From Nitrospirota bacterium (lineage in GTDB: Bacteria; Nitrospirota; UBA9217): a stretch of DNA of 64,000 bases. The position numbers were made by a program, and so were the translations under genes. Where the stretch lies: positions 162,254-226,253 of the forward strand of contig CAVWHO010000017.1 in NCBI GenBank assembly GCA_963754875.1. Direction: 5' to 3'. Each line of letters starts with the position of its first letter. Position 1 is the stretch's first letter. Shown here piece after piece: positions 10,804 to 19,710 of this stretch. The notes under the pieces are model-generated. The model searched no databases, was not told the origin of the DNA, and saw nothing but the letters and a program-made list of their open reading frames with translations.

Positions 10804-11221
10804 CTAATGCACTTTTTGAACTGTTCTGAGCGGGAATTGTAAACCACCTGAGCTCCCGTCATTGGCTGCAAGCCAGCGCTTTTTTTTAACCTCGTTTTCC
10901 AAGTGAGCTTTTTTGAGCGCTTGTTCCGACTGGCCGATTCGTTCTTCCAACCCAGCTTCTTTTGCGGAATCGGCTTCGAAGCTTTTTTTGATATACTGCT
11001 TTCTCCAATGATACAGATGCCCGGAGGAAATGCTGTGTCTCCGGCAGAGCTGGGCTGCGGTGCTCACCCCGCTCAGATACTCTTCAACGACCTAGCCTTT
11101 GAATTCGGTGCTGAACTTCCTCTGTTTGCTCATGACAAGATCCTTTCCGCCCCTCGGGGCCGAAGATCCTGTCCGACATTCTAACATAACTTGACTTGTC
11201 TAAACAGAGGGGGTCAGTTCA
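10804..11221 (-). mobile_element. IS3-family remnant: left IR plus orfA pseudogene
   Basis: Terminal TGAACTGACCCC.. at 11221; orfA from ATG 11133 (MSKQRKFSTEFKG*VVEEYLSG..LCRRHSIS..LYHWRKQY) has in-frame TAG at 11094-11092; orfB absent. Confidence 0.75.
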
Positions 11222-11362
11222 GACGGCGGGAACCTTTCATCTATTAGAGAAGCATGGACGCAAAGCGACTATTGATATGAAATCGGCAAAACAAACATTA
11301 GCTGAGAGAGATCTCGTAAGTCAAAGTAAAAAAGAAAAAGAGACAGCAACTTGTTTTGATCC

Positions 11363-11423
11363 CTAGCTCAAAAATCGGGTTTCACAACCGAAGGTCACGT
11401 TTTCAAACCTTGTCACGCTACCA
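11363..11423 (+). pseudogene. Degenerate tRNA-Met(fMet)-like 3' remnant (putative att site)
   Basis: TAGCTC..TCGGG.TTCACAACCGAAGGTC..TTCAAA..CGCTACCA aligns with initiator tRNA 3' two-thirds; 5' end missing and stems degraded. Confidence 0.6.
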
Positions 11424-11433
11424 AATCTATCAA

Positions 11434-11459
11434 GGGGTTACAGCACATGCTGTAACCCC
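11434..11459. terminator. Perfect 11-bp hairpin after the tRNA remnant
   Basis: GGGGTTACAGC-acat-GCTGTAACCCC followed by ATTTATTT. Confidence 0.6.
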
Positions 11460-11844
11460 GATTTATTTATCAGGACAGTCTCAGGACACTCTCGAAACAT
11501 GAGATGTGACAGTGATAAAAGACGAGTTTGACAGCCTCAATGTCGAATGAAAAAAAGGAAAATTATGGGATGAAGTCTATACAAAGAGGATGGCATTGTC
11601 ATCGAATTCGATCCGATCACAATTCAAAAAAATTTCGCGTTCTTGCTGATAGCAATATCTATAAGATTGGGGATTGTGAATACATAAGAACCAAAATCGA
11701 ACTCCATCCCGGAGACGAAATTCTCTTCACTCCCATAGGCCCAATGGGTTCATAAATCCAAACGTTTGATCGTTCTGCATCGTTATACTGACTAGTTGAA
11801 AGTATCGTTGTATCGGATTTTTTCCCTTGGGATGCCAGGTACAC

Positions 11845-12177
11845 TTATCGCATCAAATTCGTGCTTCGGATCAGGTTCACATTCTTGATAAGTCCTTTTT
11901 CGCTGCAGCTCTCGTTCACCGAATCCGCACTGTATTTCTCTGCAAGCTGCCGTGTCCGTTGTTGGAGACCGCGGGGCTGTTTCAGTACGATTTGGAAATG
12001 GCCTTCCGCGAAATTAACAGGCATGAACAGCCCCCGCTCTCGTGCGATCAGAGATGCTTGTACGAAGGCCCATTCACTGCCGGTCTTAAACCCTCTGCTC
12101 TGACCGATAGGAACGCCAACAGCAAAACCGATCAATACTAAAACGATAACCGACACAATTCGTACTATAATTTTCAT
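11845..12177 (-). CDS. Hypothetical membrane-anchored protein (paralog of 56967-57299)
   Basis: GGAGG RBS, N-terminal TM; highly similar to the 57299 ORF (GQSRGF.TGSEWAFVQASLIARE..LFMP.NF.EGHF). Confidence 0.75.
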   Translation of the reverse strand: MKIIVRIVSVIVLVLIGFAVGVPIGQSRGFKTGSEWAFVQASLIARERGLFMPVNFAEGHFQIVLKQPRGLQQRTRQLAEKYSADSVNESCSEKGLIKNVNLIRSTNLMR

Positions 12178-12406
12178 AGCTCATCCTCCTTTTTTTACTT
12201 GGCAAACGCGAGAGGAATCACATTCCGACGCGATCATTTTTCGGCTTGCTCCCGTGCGCGTCAAAGCGGCGAACAAAGTTGTGCTCATGCCGGTACAAGT
12301 TCGTAACTAACTCTTATCCACAGAAAAAGTGAACGAACATTTTGTTTTCCCGCCCCTGACAGTTGTCAGTTAAAGCAACCATTGATAATTATTAATTCAC
12401 AGCCGG

Positions 12407-12787
12407 TTAATTTTGTAGCGGGTCACTTTTTGTGTCCGTTTTAATGTTGAATCTTACTCCAACAAACTCCCGAAACTTTTCTTCATCGACTTTGATAAAG
12501 TATGCATTCCCGAGTCGTCCTCCGATCCGTGTAATCCCTCGAGGACCGTCTTTCCTTGATACTATTCCTGCACCTCCGTATTTTTCGACTGGCACCATTA
12601 AGGAAAAGTTTATTTGTTCACGGAGCGCCAACCTTAGGCCGATGCCGGCTACCCTAAATCCCCCAGGGGATAAGTCGAGAGAGTAAGCTTTTCCCAGATT
12701 CTTGCCTGCAACCATTATATTGACTTCAAGTTCTCTTTTTTGGCGATTACCGCTCTTTCTCCGGTCCTTACCAAATATTGCCCGCAT
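12407..12787 (-). CDS. PilZ domain protein
   Basis: Arg-rich N-terminal segment plus DLSPGG (D/NxSxxG); GGAGG RBS. Confidence 0.65.
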   Translation of the reverse strand: MRAIFGKDRRKSGNRQKRELEVNIMVAGKNLGKAYSLDLSPGGFRVAGIGLRLALREQINFSLMVPVEKYGGAGIVSRKDGPRGITRIGGRLGNAYFIKVDEEKFREFVGVRFNIKTDTKSDPLQN

Positions 12788-13011
12788 ATTCCTCCTTTCC
12801 GTTCGGAACAGCCTGTCTTTAATAAATCAGAGGCAATTACACCTAAACATTTTTTACTATTGGTACTGGCCGTCTTGCGCCCTAAGACACATGTTCCCAA
12901 AATATGCATTCTGCAAACTCACATCATCAGAGTAAAACGATCTCCGCAAGCTTTGGAAAGATTACTTCCGGGTCAATCCGTTCTCTATTCCGGGGACCTC
13001 CGGCGGCTTCT

Positions 13012-13347
13012 TCACTTGGCGGAGATCGCAAAAGTGTTGGGTGCAGTTCGTGAAAGGCCTGGCAGCCTATGGAGTTTTTTGGCTAGGGCGCTCACGATCG
13101 ATTCCCGGTTAAGATTTGCTCCGTGAACCGTTTTAACTTCGGAAATGATCTCTGAAACATGGAGTGGGCGCCCGGCGCGTATAAGTATGTCTATGACCAT
13201 ATCCATATTAGACATACCTGTTCGCTCCCCTGTCAAACCCTTCAACTTAATCGGCCGAAATTGACGGATAGCGCGAAGCTGGGCCAATAATAAAGATTCA
13301 TGCATTTCAATAAGATAATCAGGTATGGTATTTTTTAATTGTTTCAT
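13012..13347 (-). CDS. Small winged-HTH DNA-binding protein
   Basis: DILIRAGRPLHVSEII...RESIVSAL...RTAPNTF pattern. Confidence 0.55.
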   Translation of the reverse strand: MKQLKNTIPDYLIEMHESLLLAQLRAIRQFRPIKLKGLTGERTGMSNMDMVIDILIRAGRPLHVSEIISEVKTVHGANLNRESIVSALAKKLHRLPGLSRTAPNTFAISAK

Positions 13348-13371
13348 GCAGCTTATCCTTTTCTCATTTTA

Positions 13372-15151
13372 CGTTTTGTCAAAATACTGCGATTAATTTT
13401 TCTGATTGCTTTTGCTTTTCAAGATGTTCTTAACAATTCTCTTGTCTCCCCCCTGAAAATGAGCTAAAAGTAGTGTTGATAACACCCTCAAGGGAGAGCT
13501 TGCTCATGTCGAACACGTCGCGTGTTGCTCGTTTTATCATCTGGATCTGTTCCAAGTTCACTCGCGTTGAAATTGAACAGATCGCCGCCGGGTTACAGGA
13601 TGTTCTCCAAAATCGCAATCCGGAAGTGAAACCGAAAGACGATTTTAAAGAGAAGCATCCAAACTACCGGCAGTTCGCGGTCGATCCAAAACCGCCGCTC
13701 ACCGAACCGCTGCTCGAAAAAAAACACAAGAAACGAAAGACTACAACCAACTCTTAGCTCAGTACGAAGCGCTTCACGGAAAGCCTCTTGCTGCTGTAAA
13801 GCGCTGGGGCAAGTCTCATGCACTCCCCAAACTGGTTTTTTGCCCCGTCTGCAATGCCCCGCACGACTATCTCTACTACAACGACGGTAAGAAAAAATCT
13901 CAGATCAGGTGCAAGGTCTGTGGTCACTTGTTTCAAGCCGACCAGAGATTCCGTAAAAACGATAAGTCAAAATACTTTTGCCCCTACTGCAACCACGCTC
14001 TCTTTCGTTGGAAAATGCGGAAAGAGGTTACGCTTTACAAATGCCCCAACGATGACTGCCAGCACCGCGTCCAGGCCATCGCAAAACTTAATCCGGCTGA
14101 GCGTGCATTACAGAAGAAACGAAGCTCGCAGTTCAAGCTCTGCTACCAGTACCGGGAGTATCATTACAAACCCCAAGAGCTTCTTCACTCTGAGCCCGAA
14201 AAGCCGATCGTCGAGCTTACGAAGATCCATAACTCCGAGAACGTCCTCGGCCTGATCCTTGCCTTTTATGTTTCCTTCGCCGTTCCAGCCAGGAAAACCG
14301 CGGCTATTTTGAAGTCCGTCTTCAATATCAAAGTCTCTTATCAGACGGTCCTAAATTATGCGGCAGCCGCAGCGTTTTACTGCCACAGCTACAATCTCCA
14401 GCGTAAAGGCCCGATCGATTCTATTCAGGCTGGCGATGAAACGTATATCAGGGTCCTGGGGAAGCATCAATACGTCTTTTTCTTCATCTCATCCAAGAGC
14501 CTGAAAATCACCGCCTACCATGTTGCCGATAACCGGGGAACGCAACCAGCAATCATCGCCATGAACGAAGCGATCCGTACCGCAGCTCCCGGTCAGGAGA
14601 TTATCCTCGTGACCGACGGCAATCCTTCCTACCCAGCCGGCATCCATTTTCTGAATGCTCAGGAAGGCGATGATCCCGATATCCAGCACCACAAGGTCAT
14701 CGGCCTCCAAAACCTCGATGCCGAGTCAACGGAATGGAGGGCGTTTAAACAGCTCATCGAGCGCTTGAATAGGACCTACAAGTATCACGTGAGGCCTGCG
14801 GCCGGTTTCAACAGTAACAACGGCTCCGTGGTCCTGACGACGCTCTTTGTGACCCATTACAACTTTCTCCGCCCTCACATGTCATTGAACTACAAGCCAC
14901 CCGTTCAATTGCCGGAGCTCCAGGCCATTACCACGCTTCAGGGCAAATGGGCGAAGATTCTTTCTCTCGCTGCTTAAACTTTCCGCCTGCTACATCTCAA
15001 AGAACGATCTCGTTAATGGACTTCTGTTGCCTGCTGCGTCCCATGCCGACGGTCGATCCGCCGCTAGATGATCTGGCTCCCCGTCGCTAACCTTATCCGT
15101 CGATCATTTCATAGGGTCTACTCTCATTTTCATGAAAGTTTTGACACTATC
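13372..15151 (+). mobile_element. Apparently complete IS (IS6-like DDE), ~1.78 kb
   Basis: Inverted ends share TGTCAAAA (13376-13384 region / TTTTGACA 15139-15146); flanking direct repeat TCATTTTA at 13364-13371 and 15152-15159. Confidence 0.8.
13506..14977 (+). CDS. DDE transposase, two frames joined by -1 frameshift at A8 (13717-13724)
   Basis: After the A-run the -1 frame is open (KTQETKDYNQLL..CPVC..CKVC..) into the 13928 ORF with GDETY, VTDGNPSY, IERLNRTYK catalytic motifs. Confidence 0.8.
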
Positions 15152-15321
15152 TCATTTTACGGAATATTGGCACTATAGCAGAATTACGTATGTATGTCAA
15201 TAAGATAGTTACATACATAATGGGGAGCGTATGGTGATATTTTGCCGTAACGAGAATTAGGATGCCGATGTTCGTTCCAAACTAAAGATAATATTCTCAG
15301 AAAACAATGACATAATGATTC

Positions 15322-15349
15322 TTGACAAGTGTGCCAAATATGGCACAAT
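15322..15349 (+). promoter_or_regulatory. sigma70-like promoter overlapped by palindromic operator
   Basis: TTGACA-16-CACAAT with TGTGCCA-aata-TGGCACA (15330-15347), upstream of the cytochrome. Confidence 0.55.
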
Positions 15350-15469
15350 GGGATTCGCATGGTGATGGTTCATGCTTACTGTGGAGTGGGCTATAGAGTG
15401 CGGCAGGTCGTTTCGTGCAGGAATGCCGGGCAGTGCACTCCGGCAGCCCGGTAACAAAAGGAGGGCAGT

Positions 15470-17029
15470 ATAAGGCAGGGAGTAAAATATGATGTATCGG
15501 CGGTTGTTTTGTGGGGCTTATTCTCTATCCTCGCTGGTTGCAGCAGCCAGAATCCACAGTCGAATTTCAATCCCGATACGGGAAGACATGTGTCCTCCGA
15601 CTGGCTTCCTGCGGGCCACATGACGGCGGCGACGGCGGACATCGCCTCCTGCATCCAATGTCATGGCGCGGATCTCGCCGGAGGCATTTCTCGCATCTCA
15701 TGCACGTCGTGCCATATGGGAAGCCCAACGTCCGTCCATCCGGCAAACTGGGTTCCCCTGTTCAGAACGCATGGGCCCTACGCGACGCTGAACGGGACCG
15801 TCGCCTGTGCGAACCAGTATTGCCACGGACCTACGCTTGCCGGCGTTGCCGGCAGCGGACCGTCCTGCACGAGCTGCCACGGTCTTCCCTTCGACCCGAC
15901 AGTGCTCGTTTGCGGAGACTGCCACAAACAGCAGATGGGCACGCGGAGACCGGTGGTGGGACCAAATGGAGATTTCGGCCAAAACGCAGCGATTCTGTCT
16001 CATCATGTCACGGGAACGGCTGATCCCACGCCCAACCAGTGTCGGGTCTGCCATGACATGTCTGAGCACATGTCCGGCACGGTCCGTCTGCGGAACGCCG
16101 ATACAGGAGCGACCATTGTCTACAGCATAGCCGCTCCCAGCACACTCAAGCCCTTCTGCTTGAGCTGTCACGACGCGAGTGGCGCGCTCGCGACCGCGGT
16201 CATGAGCGGTACGCCCTCAGCGCCATTCAACGACGGTTCAAGACTGGGAACCCCGCCATATCCCTTTGCCACCAGGATCTATTCAAGCTGGAACGGCACA
16301 TACGGCCACGGCACGAATGGGAACCACGCACCCGGATCGAGGCTTACCTGTCTAGGCACAGGCCAGCCCGGCACCGGCTGTCATGGAAATGGCCAAAGCA
16401 TCAATGCACACGGGTCTGTAAACCAGGTGTTGGCGACGAGGGAATTTAAATATGATATTGCTTCCTCGGGCCCGATGTATACTTATGATGAGGCGCATTT
16501 TGACCTGTGCTTCAATTGTCATGAAAGCTATCCTCTTGTCTCGAAGACGGAAATCTTTGGGGTGAAGTTCGGCGGGTTACTGGACACTGCTTACGGTCCT
16601 CTCGGACCACGCGGTCAGAATCCACCCTATGATACTGGTGGACTCTTCCTTACGCACTTTGCTGACCATGACGATCTCTTGAATCCCTCTAATCCCCTGA
16701 ATGATCCGGCCTTTTGGGGTACGACGAACATGAACCTTCACTGGTTCCATATAGGAGGGCAGACAGCCTCATTCCGCGGGACCGGTGCTACAACCGGCAT
16801 CAACTGCGTCAACTGTCATGATGTTCATGGTTCGAGTGATCCCTACGGTGCAGTTTATGATGAGCTGGCATATAGCAATACGACGACTCTTGGGAACAAT
16901 GTGAGCGGAGAGATGGTATATTCAGCATATACGACTACCTTGTTGGAAGGTTATCCCACTTATTGTTCCTTCAACTGTCACTTTTTGCAGGGTCCGACAA
17001 AGGCGTGGTTTTCCCCGATTGTTGAGTAG
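15470..17029 (+). CDS. Multiheme c-type cytochrome lipoprotein (CxxxxCH/CxxCH type)
   Basis: Lipobox LAGC; 8 CxxCH plus CX4CH, CX9CH, CX3CH; start uncertain (ATA 15470 behind AAGGAGG, or TTG 15509). Confidence 0.85.
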   Translation: MRQGVKYDVSAVVLWGLFSILAGCSSQNPQSNFNPDTGRHVSSDWLPAGHMTAATADIASCIQCHGADLAGGISRISCTSCHMGSPTSVHPANWVPLFRTHGPYATLNGTVACANQYCHGPTLAGVAGSGPSCTSCHGLPFDPTVLVCGDCHKQQMGTRRPVVGPNGDFGQNAAILSHHVTGTADPTPNQCRVCHDMSEHMSGTVRLRNADTGATIVYSIAAPSTLKPFCLSCHDASGALATAVMSGTPSAPFNDGSRLGTPPYPFATRIYSSWNGTYGHGTNGNHAPGSRLTCLGTGQPGTGCHGNGQSINAHGSVNQVLATREFKYDIASSGPMYTYDEAHFDLCFNCHESYPLVSKTEIFGVKFGGLLDTAYGPLGPRGQNPPYDTGGLFLTHFADHDDLLNPSNPLNDPAFWGTTNMNLHWFHIGGQTASFRGTGATTGINCVNCHDVHGSSDPYGAVYDELAYSNTTTLGNNVSGEMVYSAYTTTLLEGYPTYCSFNCHFLQGPTKAWFSPIVE

Positions 17030-17372
17030 TTCGTAACCTGACCAAGCATGCAAGATTTTCCATCAAGAAAGCAGCCATAAGAAAGGCCGCTGCTTCATCC
17101 CTGCCCGCGACGGGGCCTGTGGACCGCTGCTGGTCGGCGCATAGGCGGTGGGCCTGATCGCCCGCCGGAGTCTTTCCCGCTGGCCCGGGATTGGGCTTTC
17201 CACCTGGATCTCCTGAAGGCATGCTCACCATAATGAGCTGGCATGCCCAGCTGCACGGAATGGCCTCTTTAGTATCGCCTCTCCTCGCTGAAATTTAAAC
17301 ATTAAAAACCTGAAGAGAGGTCTCGTCCTAAGGCCTTTTTGACTGCTTAGGATATCGTCATACAATACTGAA

Positions 17373-17558
17373 CTAATCACGTACATTGACTGCAAAGATA
17401 ACGGTCCAGAAGAAAATAACAAAAGTTGCGGCCCCCCGGTAAATCTGCTCCAGGTTCCAGGAACCTGATGGCGTGTTCAGCAAGTCGGAAGGGTAGGCCC
17501 AATATGCCAGCGGTAGGCCGATAACGATGATCGCTATCCGGATAAAGCGCGCTTTCAT
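17373..17558 (-). CDS. Small two-TM membrane protein
   Basis: 61 aa, two hydrophobic segments. Confidence 0.45.
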   Translation of the reverse strand: MKARFIRIAIIVIGLPLAYWAYPSDLLNTPSGSWNLEQIYRGAATFVIFFWTVIFAVNVRD

Positions 17559-17669
17559 GAGAATTCAAACCTTCCTGAAATTATGATACCATGTTCAGCC
17601 ATCCTGTGTGGGCAGGCCGCAGCGAAATTATAAGAGCCGCTGATCAAGATTACACGGTGGATGATGTTT

Positions 17670-17810
17670 AAGAGAGTGTAAAAGAGGTCCTGAAGTGTAC
17701 GCCGTTCAAAGCGGAGTTGGAGCTTCGGGTGGATCTCCGTCCCGTCCCGATTGATGCAGAGCAAGATAAGGCAGGTCTTTTTCAATCTCATGACGAACGC
17801 AAAAGAAAAG
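17670..17810 (+). pseudogene. Histidine kinase fragment
   Basis: ..[10 protein letters not shown] / [14 protein letters not shown] (N-box) across a frameshift near 17763. Confidence 0.5.
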
Positions 17811-17848
17811 TTGCTGCGTGTAGATGTCGTAGCCGAAGGAGAATAGAC

Positions 17849-18178
17849 ATGCTCGTTGCAAAATCACTTGCTCTTTTTGTAGTTGCCGGTTTATGCGAGA
17901 TCGGAGGCGGGTACCTCGTTTGGCTCCGGCTCAGGGAAGGCAAAAGCTTGTGGGTAGCCTTTGCAGGGGCGATTGTGCTCATTCTGTACGGCATTATTCC
18001 CACCATGCAGGCGGCGAATTTCGGAAGAGTCTACGCGGCTTACGGCGGCGTGTTCGTGATCCTGTCGATCCTGTGGGGCTGGAAAGTGGACAACATTCTT
18101 CCTGATCGGTTCGATGTTCTCGGAGGATTGATCTGTCTTATCGGCGTCGGCGTCATCATGTACTGGCCGAGAGGATAA
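17849..18178 (+). CDS. ynfA: YnfA (UPF0060) SMR-like membrane protein
   Basis: [43 protein letters not shown]. Confidence 0.9.
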   Translation: MLVAKSLALFVVAGLCEIGGGYLVWLRLREGKSLWVAFAGAIVLILYGIIPTMQAANFGRVYAAYGGVFVILSILWGWKVDNILPDRFDVLGGLICLIGVGVIMYWPRG

Positions 18179-18200
18179 ACAGAGCGAGGAGGGAAACGTC

Positions 18201-18383
18201 ATGAAAGAGCTTATGAAAGTGCTGTCAGCAGCAGGCGTCGCCTCATACAGTGCGGTTGCCTGTGCTCAAGGACAACTCCAAGGCTACGGCATGGGTCCCG
18301 GCGTGATGGGCTGGGGGTGCGGCATGGGGTAGCCGTGGCCCATTATGGTACAACTCTTCAGGGTGCCCATCAAATCGGCTTAG
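18201..18383 (+). pseudogene. Degenerate signal peptide + GYGMGPG.MG-repeat protein
   Basis: GAGGAGG RBS; MKELMKVL..AQGQLQGYGMGPGVMGWGCGMG then TAG where Trp would be expected. Confidence 0.45.
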
Positions 18384-18775
18384 ACAGAAATCATATTCTC
18401 CACTTCCCGGCCAGTAAGAATGTTGTTATATTGCCTGATCATTGAAATCAGTTTTTGAAAGTCGACAGGCTTTTCAAAGAATGCATTAGCGCCGGCGGCA
18501 AGAAAGGCACTTTCCCTTGTTTCACAACTTAAACCGACAATAAGGGAATCTGCGAAGCGGCACCGCATGAGTCTCGCGAAATCAGCCCCGTTCATTCCCG
18601 GCATGTCATAATCGGTCACAATGATATCAAAGTTGCGCTTTCGAGAGAGGAGGAGTGCATCAGACGGGTTATTGCAGAATGATACGACGTATTCTTCTTT
18701 TTCCATGAAACGCATAAGGATGGTGCCGAAGAGTTCTTCATCATCTACAATGAGAATTGATTTTTTGTTTTTCAT
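18380..18775 (-). CDS. Single-domain response regulator
   Basis: ILIVDDE, TDYDMPGMNG, EKP. Confidence 0.85.
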   Translation of the reverse strand: MKNKKSILIVDDEELFGTILMRFMEKEEYVVSFCNNPSDALLLSRKRNFDIIVTDYDMPGMNGADFARLMRCRFADSLIVGLSCETRESAFLAAGANAFFEKPVDFQKLISMIRQYNNILTGREVENMISV

Positions 18776-18982
18776 ATATTTCTGTCAAAATCTAATATTA
18801 AAAAATACGACAAGTTCGGCGCGTTGCTCTTTACACATTTATCGCCATATCGGGCCAATAACTTTAATATTTTGTAAAATTTTATACAGTCGTACTCTCC
18901 TGGTAAATAAAAGAGTTTTCCCTTATGTTGTAAATTGTTGAATTAATGATATAAAATTGAACTATGCGCGATGTCTGAAAAG

Positions 18983-19013
18983 AAAAAGCAGGCCGGATTT
19001 CAGCCTGCTTTTT
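18983..19013. terminator. Bidirectional intrinsic terminator
   Basis: AAAAAGCAGGC...GCCTGCTTTTT. Confidence 0.65.
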
Positions 19014-19053
19014 AATCAGTTGATGCATCTGCCTGTTTTCTGAGGTAATCGTG

Positions 19054-19335
19054 TCAAAAAACGGTAATTCCGTTCCCCCACTCCATGCTCGGCTCGGTTG
19101 AACGTAAGCCGCCTGCGGCTGAACCTTCGTTTTCGGTATATTTTACCGGTCGAATGTCAAATGCGGTAATTTCGTTCCCCAGTGCGAGCCCCGATCCGAG
19201 ATCATGCGAGGGAACAGGTACCTTATCAAATACCGTAATGGCATTATACTCACCAGCGCTCATATCTTTGGCATAAGCAGTTCCGAAGGTAAGAGCAATT
19301 ACCAGAACGCTCAAAAGAATTAGTGTCTTTTTCAT
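19054..19335 (-). CDS. Small secreted protein with three N-x-I-T-x-F repeats
   Basis: Signal peptide ending AYA; repeats NAITVF, NEITAF, NGITVF; upstream TTGACA-16-TAAGCT promoter. Confidence 0.65.
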   Translation of the reverse strand: MKKTLILLSVLVIALTFGTAYAKDMSAGEYNAITVFDKVPVPSHDLGSGLALGNEITAFDIRPVKYTENEGSAAGGLRSTEPSMEWGNGITVF

Positions 19336-19710
19336 AGTTATCGCCTCTTTTCTTTTTGACTTTACCAAATCATGGTATAAGCTTATCACAGCTTTTGCAA
19401 TTGTCAAGAGAGTATGCAACTTTGCAACTTATCTGCAGCCAAAGTAAATCGGAGCTGTTCAAATAAAATAGATTGTAGTATGAATCCCGGGACTTGCAAT
19501 CCTCCGGCTCCTGCCCGGGTAATGCGTCGTAAACAGCACCATGCACTCGCGCTATTTCACTCGTAAACGCTGGTGCAGCCGGGAGGTCGCGATAGATATT
19601 AGAGGAAACTCCACTTGGTTGGACGGGAGAGGGGATATCGAAAACCCCTCCGCGGTGCTGCATCCGAAGGTCACGTGCTATTTCGATTATTACTTCCCCT
19701 GGAAAAGAAA

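Noticed and set aside
11363..11423. Functional tRNA
   Set aside because: 5' acceptor strand missing; T and anticodon stems broken
12314..12322. TTATCCACA DnaA box (another at 23706-23714)
   Set aside because: Isolated copies with no cluster or dnaA context; not an origin
15380..15456. c-di-GMP-I riboswitch before the cytochrome
   Set aside because: Lacks the GNRA tetraloop / GCAAA-type P1 elements; kept only as a generic hairpin
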